Assembly (NCBI GenBank): GCA_000387965.1
Contig: APJZ01000005.1
Location: forward strand, 1 to 32,000
DNA length: 32,000 nucleotides
From: Candidatus Nanobsidianus stetteri
GTDB lineage: Archaea > Nanobdellota > Nanobdellia > Nanobdellales > Nanobdellaceae
Reading direction: 5' to 3'
Of this stretch, positions 8,033 through 16,693 are shown in pieces. Positions within the stretch are counted from its first letter, which is position 1; the number at the start of each line of letters is the position of its first letter. The position numbers and the translations under genes are program-made. The notes under the pieces were generated by a model. It worked only from the letters and a program-made list of their open reading frames with translations, was not told the origin of the DNA and made no database searches.

Positions 8033-9337
8033 TTATATATTTAATTTTACTATTTCTTCAAATATTTTATTAACATCTATATTTTTATCATAAGAATCTA
8101 TTACAACTCTGTATAATGGTTCTGTTTCTGAATATCTTACTAATATTCTTAAGTTATCTTTTAATAATTCAATACCATCTAAATCTCCATTTAAATCATT
8201 TAATATAAATCCATTATTTTTTCCATATTCTTTTACTTTATCAATTAAATTCGGATTATTTCTTGGTATATCTTTTTCTAACCATGTAAATTCTGGAATA
8301 TTTAGATTGTTTATATCTATACCTTTTTTCATATATTTTAATAACATCAATGCACCAAATAATGCATCATCAATATAATCATTTTCGGCAAAATAAATAT
8401 GACCGGTATATTCAATACATAAATATGCTCTATTTTGTTGACCTGCAAATTTAATAAATGTATGACCAGGTCTCTTTATAATTACTTTTCCTCCTTTTTC
8501 TTCAACTAATTTTCTTAAATAAATTGGTAAAGATATTTCTAATACATATGTCCTATCTTTTTTAATAAAAGGTATTAGATATTTATCCATTCTAATTCTG
8601 TTTCCATACTTATCTACTACACCTAATCTATCTCCATCTGAATCAAACATAAATCCAATATCAAGATCTTTTCTATTTTTCATTAGTTCTTGTAAAGGTT
8701 TAATATTTTCATCTTTTGAAGGATCTGGTCCATGACCAGGAAAAGTTCCATCTATATTATCATTAATTGCTACAACCTCATTTCCCAAATCTGTTAATAC
8801 ATCTTTCATTAAAGTTAATACAGAATTTGAAGGATCATAACCAACCTTAAATCCACTTACTCCTTTAAATTTCTCTTTTAAATGCTTTTTATAAATATCT
8901 CTTGCTCCTTCAACAATTTCTAGCATTCCTTCTTTTTGAGTAGGTTTTACATTTTCATATGTTAATTTTTCAATTTTATCAATTTCTTCTTTTGGTAAAT
9001 CATTTCCATTACTATTAATTGGTTTTATCCCATTATATTGTGGAGGATTATGAGATGCAGTTATCATTAATACTGGAATATTGTATACTTTTGCTAAATA
9101 ATGTGCTTCTGGTGTAGATCCAATTCCAAAATCTAATACATCATGTGTATAAACTAACGTCTCTGCCAAAATATCTCTTATTCTTGGAGAAGATAATCTT
9201 ATATCCCTTACAATTCCTATTGATTCATAATTATTAAAATATCTCCCCAATGCATATCCAATTTTATATAATAGTTCATCTGTTAAGTCTTGTCCATAAA
9301 TACCTCTAATGTCATATAATTTAAATACTCCGCTCAT
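8033..9337 (-). CDS. Phosphohexomutase (phosphomannomutase / phosphoglucomutase / phosphoglucosamine mutase family)
   Basis: Catalytic phosphoserine loop ITASHNPPQYNGIK and metal-binding loop FDSDGDRLGVVD. 434 aa. Confidence 0.92.
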   Translation of the reverse strand: MSGVFKLYDIRGIYGQDLTDELLYKIGYALGRYFNNYESIGIVRDIRLSSPRIRDILAETLVYTHDVLDFGIGSTPEAHYLAKVYNIPVLMITASHNPPQYNGIKPINSNGNDLPKEEIDKIEKLTYENVKPTQKEGMLEIVEGARDIYKKHLKEKFKGVSGFKVGYDPSNSVLTLMKDVLTDLGNEVVAINDNIDGTFPGHGPDPSKDENIKPLQELMKNRKDLDIGFMFDSDGDRLGVVDKYGNRIRMDKYLIPFIKKDRTYVLEISLPIYLRKLVEEKGGKVIIKRPGHTFIKFAGQQNRAYLCIEYTGHIYFAENDYIDDALFGALMLLKYMKKGIDINNLNIPEFTWLEKDIPRNNPNLIDKVKEYGKNNGFILNDLNGDLDGIELLKDNLRILVRYSETEPLYRVVIDSYDKNIDVNKIFEEIVKLNI

Positions 9338-9465
9338 TATTAACTTTAAAACTTTTGATATTTAAATATCTTACCAACCATATAAATTTATGATAATATA
9401 TCAAAAATTAAAACATAATTTTCAGTTTTTTTGTAATTAAAAGTTTCAAAAATGTTGATTTTTAT

Positions 9466-10806
9466 ATGTCTTTTATGAAGAAAACAAAAATTGTTGCTAC
9501 AATAGGTCCAAGTAGTATAGATAAGATAAAAGAATTAGATAAGTATGTAGATGTATATAGGATAAATTTTTCACATGGAGATAAAAAGAGTCATGAAGAA
9601 TATTTTAAAATAATTAGAGAAAATAGCGAAAAACCTATTTTAGTAGATTTACCAGGGCCAAAGCTAAGGATAGGAAATCTAAAAGAAAAAATATTATTAA
9701 AACCAGGAGATAAAATAATATTTTCTCAAGATGAGGGTATCCCAGTAGAGGATCCATTATTTTATAAAGTAGTTAAGGAAAATACCGAAATATATTTAGA
9801 TGATGGAAATATAAAAGTTCATATAGATAAAATAGATAATAATAGAGTAGAAGGAACTGTTTTAGATGGAGGAATGTTAACATCTAGAAAAGGAATAAAT
9901 ATCCCAGATATAAATTTAGATTCTGGAGTAACCCAAAGGGATTTAGAACTATTAAAGGAAGCTTTAGATTTAGGTGCAGATTTTATAGGAGTATCTTTTG
10001 TTTTATCAAAAGAAGATATAATAAAAGTCAAAGAAATAGTAAAAAATAAAGCTTGGGTGATTGCTAAAATAGAAACTAAAAAAGCCTTAAATGATTTGGA
10101 AAACATAATTAAAGTATCTGATGGTGTAATGGTAGCAAGAGGAGATTTGGGAGTAGATATAGGATTTCAAAACTTAATATTTGCACAAAAAAGAATAATT
10201 AAAATATCAAGATTATATGGAAAACCTGTTATATTGGCTACACAAGTTTTAGAATCAATGGTAAATAATACAGTACCAACTAGAGCTGAAATAATAGATG
10301 CTTCTGTATCTGTATTAGAAGGTGTAGATGCTATAATGTTAAGCGATGAAACAGCAATAGGCAATTATCCGATTGATTCTGTAAAAATATTAGAAGAAAT
10401 AATATTAAATGTAGAAAAAGAGTTAAAGCCGGAGTTATTACCTCCAAATAATATTGATGATTCTATAGCAGCAGGTGCAGTAAGTACTTCTGAATTCGAT
10501 AATGATATAAAACTAATTGTTGCACATAGTAGAACTGGAAATTCTATAATAAGCGTTTCAAGATTAAGACCAAAACAAATTATAATAGGAATTACACCAA
10601 ATAAGAAATTATATAGGAAATTATACTTATTATATGGAGTATATCCCGAACTAGAAGGTGCAGAAAGTAAAGATATACTTGATATAATAAATAATTCCAA
10701 AGTAATAGCTAAGAAATATATTAATAATGGATATATATTAATATTGGGTGGAGATCCTAAATCAGAAATTGGAAGAACTGATTTTATAAAAATAGAAAAA
10801 ATATAA
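9466..10806 (+). CDS. pyk: Pyruvate kinase
   Basis: KTKIVATIGPSS, RINFSHG, MVARGDLGVDIG and ATQVLESM motifs. 446 aa. The start could be ATG 9475. Confidence 0.95.
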   Translation: MSFMKKTKIVATIGPSSIDKIKELDKYVDVYRINFSHGDKKSHEEYFKIIRENSEKPILVDLPGPKLRIGNLKEKILLKPGDKIIFSQDEGIPVEDPLFYKVVKENTEIYLDDGNIKVHIDKIDNNRVEGTVLDGGMLTSRKGINIPDINLDSGVTQRDLELLKEALDLGADFIGVSFVLSKEDIIKVKEIVKNKAWVIAKIETKKALNDLENIIKVSDGVMVARGDLGVDIGFQNLIFAQKRIIKISRLYGKPVILATQVLESMVNNTVPTRAEIIDASVSVLEGVDAIMLSDETAIGNYPIDSVKILEEIILNVEKELKPELLPPNNIDDSIAAGAVSTSEFDNDIKLIVAHSRTGNSIISVSRLRPKQIIIGITPNKKLYRKLYLLYGVYPELEGAESKDILDIINNSKVIAKKYINNGYILILGGDPKSEIGRTDFIKIEKI

Positions 10807-10923
10807 CATACATAAATTTTTATTAACAAAATTATAAAAAACAAAATATTTAATATGTATTTTTGGATATAATCTATAAAAGTTAAAATTTTTTAATATA
10901 TATAATCTTAATTATAATAAATA

Positions 10924-11018
10924 CCGGGCGTAGCTCAGCCTTGGTAGAGCGGCCGGCTGTAGTGGTTAAATTGGCCGCAGAGACCGGCAGGTCGTGGGTT
11001 CAAGTCCCACCGCCCGGA
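10924..11018 (+). tRNA. tRNA-Tyr (anticodon GTA at 10959-10961) with a 20-nt intron at the canonical 37/38 position; no encoded CCA
   Basis: Hand fold:
- Acceptor stem CCGGGCG/CGCCCGG.
- D stem GCTC/GAGC.
- Anticodon stem GCCGG/CCGGC.
- Variable loop AGGTC.
- T arm GTGGG-TTCAAGT-CCCAC.
- Discriminator A.
The C1:G72 pair is the archaeal/eukaryal tRNA-Tyr identity pair. The gene is a GC-rich island in AT-rich flanks. Confidence 0.9.
10963..10982 (+). other. tRNA intron with bulge-helix-bulge splice motif
   Basis: CTGT (nt 32-35) pairs with intron GCAG to form a 4-bp central helix. It is flanked by the 3-nt bulges AG|T and AG|A, which carry the two splice sites. An inner GG...CC helix closes the intron. 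Confidence 0.8.
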
Positions 11019-11019
11019 C

Positions 11020-11037
11020 TTTTATTTTTATTTTTTA
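11020..11037 (+). terminator. Oligo-T termination signal after the tRNA
   Basis: TTTTATTTTTATTTTTT lies directly after the discriminator base. Archaeal RNA polymerase terminates at T-runs. Confidence 0.5.
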
Positions 11038-11047
11038 ACAATTATAT

Positions 11048-11830
11048 ATGAGGAAATTATTATTAATTCCATCAACATTTACTGGAGAAAAAAGAGATCA
11101 AAAAATTAGAATATTTTTAATATCACAATTAGCAAGAGCAATTGTTAATTTTGGAATAAATGAAGTAGGAATATATTATGATGATGATCCAAAATTTAAT
11201 TCACATGGTTTAGGAAGATTTATTTTAAAAGTATTAAAATATTTAAATACCCCACCATATATTAGAAAAATCGCATTTCCAATTGATAAAGAATTAAAAT
11301 ATATTGGTTCTGCTTTACCTTTAAATGTATATTATCATAAAGATAGAACAAGATATGAATACGTTTATATATTAAAGAGAGAAAAAGATAAATTTTATTT
11401 AACAAATGGAGAAGAAAAATTTTATGTAAATGTAAATAAAAAATATAGAAAAACAAATATATTAATTTATGATAAAATAAATAAAAAATTATTGTATCCA
11501 CATGAAACAGAATTTTATTTTGGTTATGAAGTATTTTATTATAATAAAACTTTAGAAGAATTAATTAAAAAATTAAAAGAAGAAAATTTTTATTTAATGG
11601 CAACATCTAGATATGGAGAAGATATAAAAAATGCAAAAATTGAGAAAAAAGATAAAATTGCAATTGCTTTTGGATCTTTTGCAAGAGGTATTGAAGATAT
11701 GATAAAAGATTGGAAAGAAAAATTCGATATATCAATAAATATATGTCCAGACCAAAAATTAGAAACTATTAGAACTGAAGAAGCTATATATTATACTTTA
11801 TCAATATTACATTATAAAGAAATTATATGA
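11048..11830 (+). CDS. SPOUT-class putative RNA methyltransferase (DUF171 / Methyltrn_RNA_3 family)
   Basis: These segments match my recollection of the family pattern: IPSTF...QLARAIVNFGINEVGIYYDD, LNTPPYIRK, ATSRYGE, IAFGSFARG and the C-terminal NICPDQKLETIRTEEAIYYTLSIL. Confidence 0.7.
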   Translation: MRKLLLIPSTFTGEKRDQKIRIFLISQLARAIVNFGINEVGIYYDDDPKFNSHGLGRFILKVLKYLNTPPYIRKIAFPIDKELKYIGSALPLNVYYHKDRTRYEYVYILKREKDKFYLTNGEEKFYVNVNKKYRKTNILIYDKINKKLLYPHETEFYFGYEVFYYNKTLEELIKKLKEENFYLMATSRYGEDIKNAKIEKKDKIAIAFGSFARGIEDMIKDWKEKFDISINICPDQKLETIRTEEAIYYTLSILHYKEII

Positions 11831-11888
11831 ATTATCAATTTTTGATAGTTATAATTCTTTATAAATTATAATAAACTTATTTTAAAAT

Positions 11889-12473
11889 ATGTTATCAGAG
11901 GGCTTTGAGTTATTAGAAAAATATGGAATAAAGATTCCTAAATATTGGGTAAATGAAATACCATTACATTCAAGTTTTCCATTAGTAATAAAGGCGGATT
12001 TAAATCATAAAACAGATTTGGGAGCAGTAAAATTAAATATACAAAATTATAGTGAACTAAAAAAATATTATGAAGAATTTAGGAAAAAATTTAATACAAA
12101 TATAATTATACAAGAGCAAGTAATTGGAGAATTTAATGAGGTAATAATTGGAATAAAATATGACAAAATATTTGGAGATATATGTTTAATAGGAATTGGC
12201 GGAATATATACAGAATTATTAAAAGATTTCATTATATTATCTTTACCTTTTGATATAAATATTTTAGAAAGAAGATTAAGAGATTTAAAATTATATCCAA
12301 TGTTAAATGGATATAGAAATAGACCAAAAGTAAATATTAATTTATTATATGAAAATATAATAAAATTATATGAATTATATAAAAAAGAAAAATTATTAGA
12401 AATTGAAGTTAATCCGTTATTAATTAATGAAAGAGAATCATATGCTGTAGATATAAGATTTGTAAGACAATAA
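11889..12473 (+). CDS. ATP-grasp_5 protein resembling the beta subunit/domain of ADP-forming acetyl-CoA synthetase (ACD)
   Basis: GFELLEKYGIKIPKY...FPLVIKADLNHKTDLGAVKLNI resembles the ACD-beta N-terminus (AK.LL..YGIPVP......PVVLK..S..I.HK.D.GGV.L.). 194 aa. No alpha subunit is adjacent. Confidence 0.55.
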   Translation: MLSEGFELLEKYGIKIPKYWVNEIPLHSSFPLVIKADLNHKTDLGAVKLNIQNYSELKKYYEEFRKKFNTNIIIQEQVIGEFNEVIIGIKYDKIFGDICLIGIGGIYTELLKDFIILSLPFDINILERRLRDLKLYPMLNGYRNRPKVNINLLYENIIKLYELYKKEKLLEIEVNPLLINERESYAVDIRFVRQ

Positions 12474-12750
12474 TTTTTTGGATATAATTTACTATTTGTT
12501 AAAATATATAAAATGCTAAAAAATCGTATTTGAAAGTATCAAACATTAAAAAAGACATAAACTTTATCTATATAATATTTAAAAATCTTCTAAAAAATTC
12601 ATTATAATGAATAAAGTAAAGAAGATATTAGTTGGATCTAGAGCATTATTTAGTTCAAGAAGATTAATTAAAAACCTATATTCGAGTTTATATCAATATT
12701 TAATTTTAAGAAAGCAAAATATTGAATTAAAATTGAGAAATGGAGAAACA

Positions 12751-12768
12751 ATATATATATATATATAT
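12751..12768. repeat. Dinucleotide simple sequence repeat (AT)9 at the frameshift point
   Basis: Read directly: atatatatatatatatat. 17 nt separate codon ACA (12748-12750) from in-frame TCT (12768-12770), and 15 nt would be in frame. Confidence 0.95.
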
Positions 12769-13448
12769 CTAGATTTCTTTATCCCAGAATAATATATCAT
12801 TATTATCTCGGATATATTGTGGATATTAATAAAAATGAAATAAAAATTAAATTAGATGATAAATTATATTCTATACCAATAAATGCTTTATATTCTGATG
12901 ATATTGGTGGAATACTTACTTTCATAAAATCAAATTGGCAATATAAAAATAATTACTGGGAGAAAAATGGAATTAAATTTAAATATGCCTATGGATCCAT
13001 ATCAGAAATATTTGATAATGAAGATTATAAATTTTTTAATGTAAAAGATAAAAATGTATTGGATATAGGAGCATTTGTAGGAGATTCTCCAATATATTTT
13101 GTCCTAAAAGGTGCTAAAAAAGTATATGCAATTGAACCACATCCAGATGCTTATAATGAAATGTTAGAAAATATAAAATTAAATAATATGGAAGATAAGA
13201 TTATTCCAATAAATATGGGTATAAATTATGAAAAAGATTATATAACAATTAATACTAAAGATGTTGCTCATGTAGCTTTTTCTATTTTTAATTCTAATAA
13301 TAAAGGTATTAAAATACTGGCAGGTAAATTAAGTGATATTATTGAAAAATATAATATAGACACTCAAGTATTAAAAATGGATTGTGAAGGATGTGAATAT
13401 GATATTATTTTAAAAGATTATGATACAATAAAAGAATTTGATGAAATT

Positions 13449-13549
13449 GGATTTGAATATCATGCTTATAATACTAAAATACCTGTTAGTAAATTATTAG
13501 AAAAATTAAATAAAGATTTTGAATGTAAATTTATTAAAGGAGGAATAAA
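13449..13549. repeat. 101-nt segment identical to 7855-7955
   Basis: Hand alignment of the two FkbM copies. Confidence 0.9.
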
Positions 13550-13622
13550 GGAAAAAATAGGTATATTACATTGTATAAGAAAGAAATAAATTTTATATAA
13601 TTTTTAATTAAAAGATATTTTT

Positions 13623-14561
13623 ATGGTAAAACTTGGTATATATGGAACTGTTTATAATTCTGCAGATACTATTAGAACAACAATCGAAGATCTAAAGAAA
13701 AAATTAAAATATGATTTTGTAATTTCTGTTTGTGATAATTTTTCAAAAGATGGAACATTTGAAATATTAAAAGAGTATGATTTTATTGATGCATTCCAAA
13801 GAAAATCTACAAGAGGATTAGGAAGACAATATGCATTGGAAAATTTAATTAAAAATCATCCTGATGTAGATTATATATTTTATATAGATTTTGATGTAAT
13901 ATTTCCCGATTATTTAAATGAATTAATAGATGGAATTATAAAAATATATAAAGAGAATGAAATTATTGGTTTTGGTGGATTTGCATCATTAAGTACTTAT
14001 AAAAAAATATTAATAAAAGTAAGATGGAGGGATATGAATGTTACTGAAGATTTTATGTATAGTGTTGATATAATCCATAAAGGATTTAATCTTTATTTCC
14101 TCGGATTACCTATATCATTTAATCAAGAAAGACCAAAAAGAGAAAGAAAATATGCAAAAGGGTTAAAATATATAAATAGATTATTTAAAATCTACTTTAA
14201 AGATTATGCTTTACATAAATTATTAGCTACTTGGATAAAATTTAATTCGATAAGAGATTCTGAAAGAATTTTACATACTCACTTAAAGGATATATTAATA
14301 CCACCAGAATTATATTTAGATAAAAATCTATTATTTTTAATTATTCCATATCATCCAGGATATTTAAAAAAAATGATAAAGAAATTATCCCTATATTATG
14401 ATTATGTTTACATATATATAATTAAGAGAAAAAATAAAGTAAAATATTATTTAATAATTTATTACGATTATAAAACAATTGAAAAGTATCTTATGAACTT
14501 CTTAAGATATGTTAATAAAACTTTTGATCCAAATAAAGTAATAAAAATTAATCTAAAATAG
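13623..14561 (+). CDS. Probable GT2-family (GT-A fold) glycosyltransferase
   Basis: N-terminal GIYGTVYNSADTI...ISVCDNFSKDGTFEIL fits the GT2 pattern (IP.YN....l......vvDD.S.DGT..il). YIDFDVIF is a candidate DxD motif. Confidence 0.6.
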   Translation: MVKLGIYGTVYNSADTIRTTIEDLKKKLKYDFVISVCDNFSKDGTFEILKEYDFIDAFQRKSTRGLGRQYALENLIKNHPDVDYIFYIDFDVIFPDYLNELIDGIIKIYKENEIIGFGGFASLSTYKKILIKVRWRDMNVTEDFMYSVDIIHKGFNLYFLGLPISFNQERPKRERKYAKGLKYINRLFKIYFKDYALHKLLATWIKFNSIRDSERILHTHLKDILIPPELYLDKNLLFLIIPYHPGYLKKMIKKLSLYYDYVYIYIIKRKNKVKYYLIIYYDYKTIEKYLMNFLRYVNKTFDPNKVIKINLK

Positions 14562-15443
14562 CTTTAAATTATCTTTATTTTCTAATACATTTACAAAATT
14601 CTCATTAAATTTAATTAATCCATTAACCATATCATACATTTTATTATATAGTTTTACTACTCCCAAATCTTGATTATAATTATCAGGGGAGAAATCTAAA
14701 TCTTTATCATATTCTTTTGTTGATCTTTCATGTAACATTAATATTCCAGTCAATATTAATATATTTCCAAATATATTTAATGTATCTTTATTCTTTTCCA
14801 ATTCTCTTTTAATTAAACTTCTAGCCATTCCTGTATTTAATACATTATTTGCTTTTCCACCCATCCTACTAAATAAATTCATAGCAAAATTAATTAAACT
14901 CTCAATAACTTCTTCAGACATTTGATATTTATTAATTAATTCATTAATTGAAAATAAATTATTTAAATCATTTTCATTATATCTAACAATATTTTTCCTT
15001 TCATTTTTATCTTTTAATTTTTTCAAAAATTCATCTACTTCTTTTTTATATTTTTCATAATCTTCCTTAAATTTTTTCTTATTCTCTTCAGATAATAATA
15101 CTTCATACATTGTAGAATTTTGATTAACTATTTTCTTTAATTTATCAAATATCTTATTTTTATTTACAAAGTCTTCAAATGAATTATAATTTTTATCTTT
15201 TACATCCTTTAATTTTACCATTTGGAATAATAATACTAAACTTTTTACAGAAGAATAGAGTGATTGTTCTAAATAATATATTGCCAAATTATAATTTTTC
15301 TTATTATATAAATCATATGAATCTGATAAATTTTTCTTAGCATTTTCTATTAATTCCTTTGAATATTCTATATTTTCCTGAGGTACTTTCTTAAATAAAT
15401 TAAAACCAGTCATTAATTTTGCAAGATCAAATATACCAACCAT
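14553..15443 (-). CDS. Hypothetical helical protein; weak HEPN-like N-terminal helix pair, no R-x4-6-H motif seen
   Basis: 296-aa ORF starting 15 nt after the M20 peptidase stop, so probably co-transcribed. KNYNLAIYYLEQSLYSSVKSLV resembles the HEPN helix only weakly. Confidence 0.55.
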   Translation of the reverse strand: MVGIFDLAKLMTGFNLFKKVPQENIEYSKELIENAKKNLSDSYDLYNKKNYNLAIYYLEQSLYSSVKSLVLLFQMVKLKDVKDKNYNSFEDFVNKNKIFDKLKKIVNQNSTMYEVLLSEENKKKFKEDYEKYKKEVDEFLKKLKDKNERKNIVRYNENDLNNLFSINELINKYQMSEEVIESLINFAMNLFSRMGGKANNVLNTGMARSLIKRELEKNKDTLNIFGNILILTGILMLHERSTKEYDKDLDFSPDNYNQDLGVVKLYNKMYDMVNGLIKFNENFVNVLENKDNLKLF

Positions 15444-15458
15444 TATTTTAATATAACA

Positions 15459-16667
15459 TTAAGATTTAAGAATTTCTAATAATATTTTTACATCATTTAT
15501 TATATCATTTATATCTATATATTCATTTGGCATATGTGCACTTTCATTATATGTACTCCATACAATTGCATTTAAACCCTTTTCTCTTAAATATTTTGCA
15601 TATGTTCCTCCTCCAATTCCTATCAATCTTGGTTCATTATTTTTATATTTTTTAATTGCTTCTTTTAATTCATTTAAAAATTCATTATTATCAATATTTT
15701 CTAATATTGATGGATAATCCTTATTTACAATTTCAATATCGACTTTACAATTATAATTTCTTTCAAATTCTTTACATATATATTCTATTGTTTGATATAC
15801 TTCATCTAAATTATAATCTGGTAATACTCTACAATCATAATAAAATATAAATTCTCCAGGTATTGTATTTACATTATCTACATTTTTTTCAACTTTTGTT
15901 GGTTCAAATGTACTTTTGGAAGGATTAAATAATTTATTTTCTTTATCATATTTTTCATGTAAAGAATCATATAATTGTAAAATTAATATAGATCCTAATT
16001 TTGTTGAATTAATACCTAAGTCAGGAGTACTTGCATGTGCTTGTTTTCCAATAACCTTAAATTTTATCCATAATATTCCTTTTTCAGCAACTTCAATATC
16101 CAAACCATCAGAACTTCCTGCATCAGGTACTAAAATCCAATCATCTTTTTTAAATAAATTTGGCTCTTTTTCCAAAATATATTTTACTCCATATTTACTT
16201 CCAGTTTCTTCATCTGAAGCCAATATTAATCCATAATTATATTTAGGTAGAATATTATTATCTTTAAAATATTTTGCCAATAATATTCCTAAAACAATTC
16301 CATTTCCATTATCTTGTACTCCTCTTCCATATATTTTATTACCTTCAACTGTAACATTAAATGGATCATATTTCCATAGATTTAAACTTCCTTCTGGTAC
16401 AGTATCAATATGTGCAATTATCCAAAATGTTTTTTCCCTATTTTTTCCATATTTTATTGCAATAATATTTGGTCTTGATTTTTCTTTTACTCTTTCATCA
16501 GGTGCTTCAATTATTTTAATTTCATCAAATAAATCTTTTACAACATTATATAATACTTTTGCCCTTTCCCATTCACCTTCTCCATTATTATCCGGTCCAA
16601 TAGATTTAACTGGTATAAATTTCTTATATAAATCTATTATATAATCTCTATATCCCTCTATATTCAT
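15459..16667 (-). CDS. M20-family metallopeptidase (ArgE/DapE/acetylornithine deacetylase-like)
   Basis: Metal-ligand motifs IIAHIDTVPEG and LILASDEETGSKYG. 402 aa. Confidence 0.88.
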   Translation of the reverse strand: MNIEGYRDYIIDLYKKFIPVKSIGPDNNGEGEWERAKVLYNVVKDLFDEIKIIEAPDERVKEKSRPNIIAIKYGKNREKTFWIIAHIDTVPEGSLNLWKYDPFNVTVEGNKIYGRGVQDNGNGIVLGILLAKYFKDNNILPKYNYGLILASDEETGSKYGVKYILEKEPNLFKKDDWILVPDAGSSDGLDIEVAEKGILWIKFKVIGKQAHASTPDLGINSTKLGSILILQLYDSLHEKYDKENKLFNPSKSTFEPTKVEKNVDNVNTIPGEFIFYYDCRVLPDYNLDEVYQTIEYICKEFERNYNCKVDIEIVNKDYPSILENIDNNEFLNELKEAIKKYKNNEPRLIGIGGGTYAKYLREKGLNAIVWSTYNESAHMPNEYIDINDIINDVKILLEILKS

Positions 16668-16693
16668 AAATAATAAATATTCAATATATTTAT

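Larger units (their letters stand above)
12607..13589 (+). pseudogene. FkbM-family methyltransferase copy 2, reading frame broken at an (AT)9 tract (ORF-track pieces 12607-12792 and 12819-13589)
   Basis: Both pieces align along their length to copy 1 (7027-7995). The downstream frame already reads SRFLYPRIIYHYYLGY from 12768, matching SRSLYPGIIYYYYLGY of copy 1. The two frames overlap only across 12726-12792. Confidence 0.85.

Noticed and set aside
9819-10844. Three minus-strand ORFs (9819-10106, 10167-10364, 10365-10844) antisense to pyruvate kinase
   Set aside because: They lie entirely within the strongly supported pyk gene. Their translations are low-complexity Ile/Phe/Ser/Leu strings with no motifs, typical of shadow ORFs in AT-rich coding DNA.
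10861-10874. 14-nt motif TTTTTGGATATAAT shared between 10861-10874 and 12475-12488, both downstream of gene stops
   Set aside because: A rough estimate of chance 14-mer matches in a 32-kb sequence of this A/T bias gives tens of such pairs. The flanks show no further similarity.
11262-11501. 79-aa minus-strand ORF inside the SPOUT methyltransferase gene
   Set aside because: It is antisense to a gene with clear family motifs and gives a low-complexity Leu/Phe/Tyr/His translation.
10924-11830. tRNA gene as an integration site for a mobile element
   Set aside because: There is no integrase, no direct repeat of the GC-rich tRNA 3' end anywhere in the window, and the downstream genes are housekeeping.
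15656-16236. Plus-strand ORFs 15656-15850 and 15916-16236 inside the M20 peptidase gene
   Set aside because: They are antisense shadow ORFs with no recognisable motifs. The M20 reading frame carries the metal-ligand signatures.
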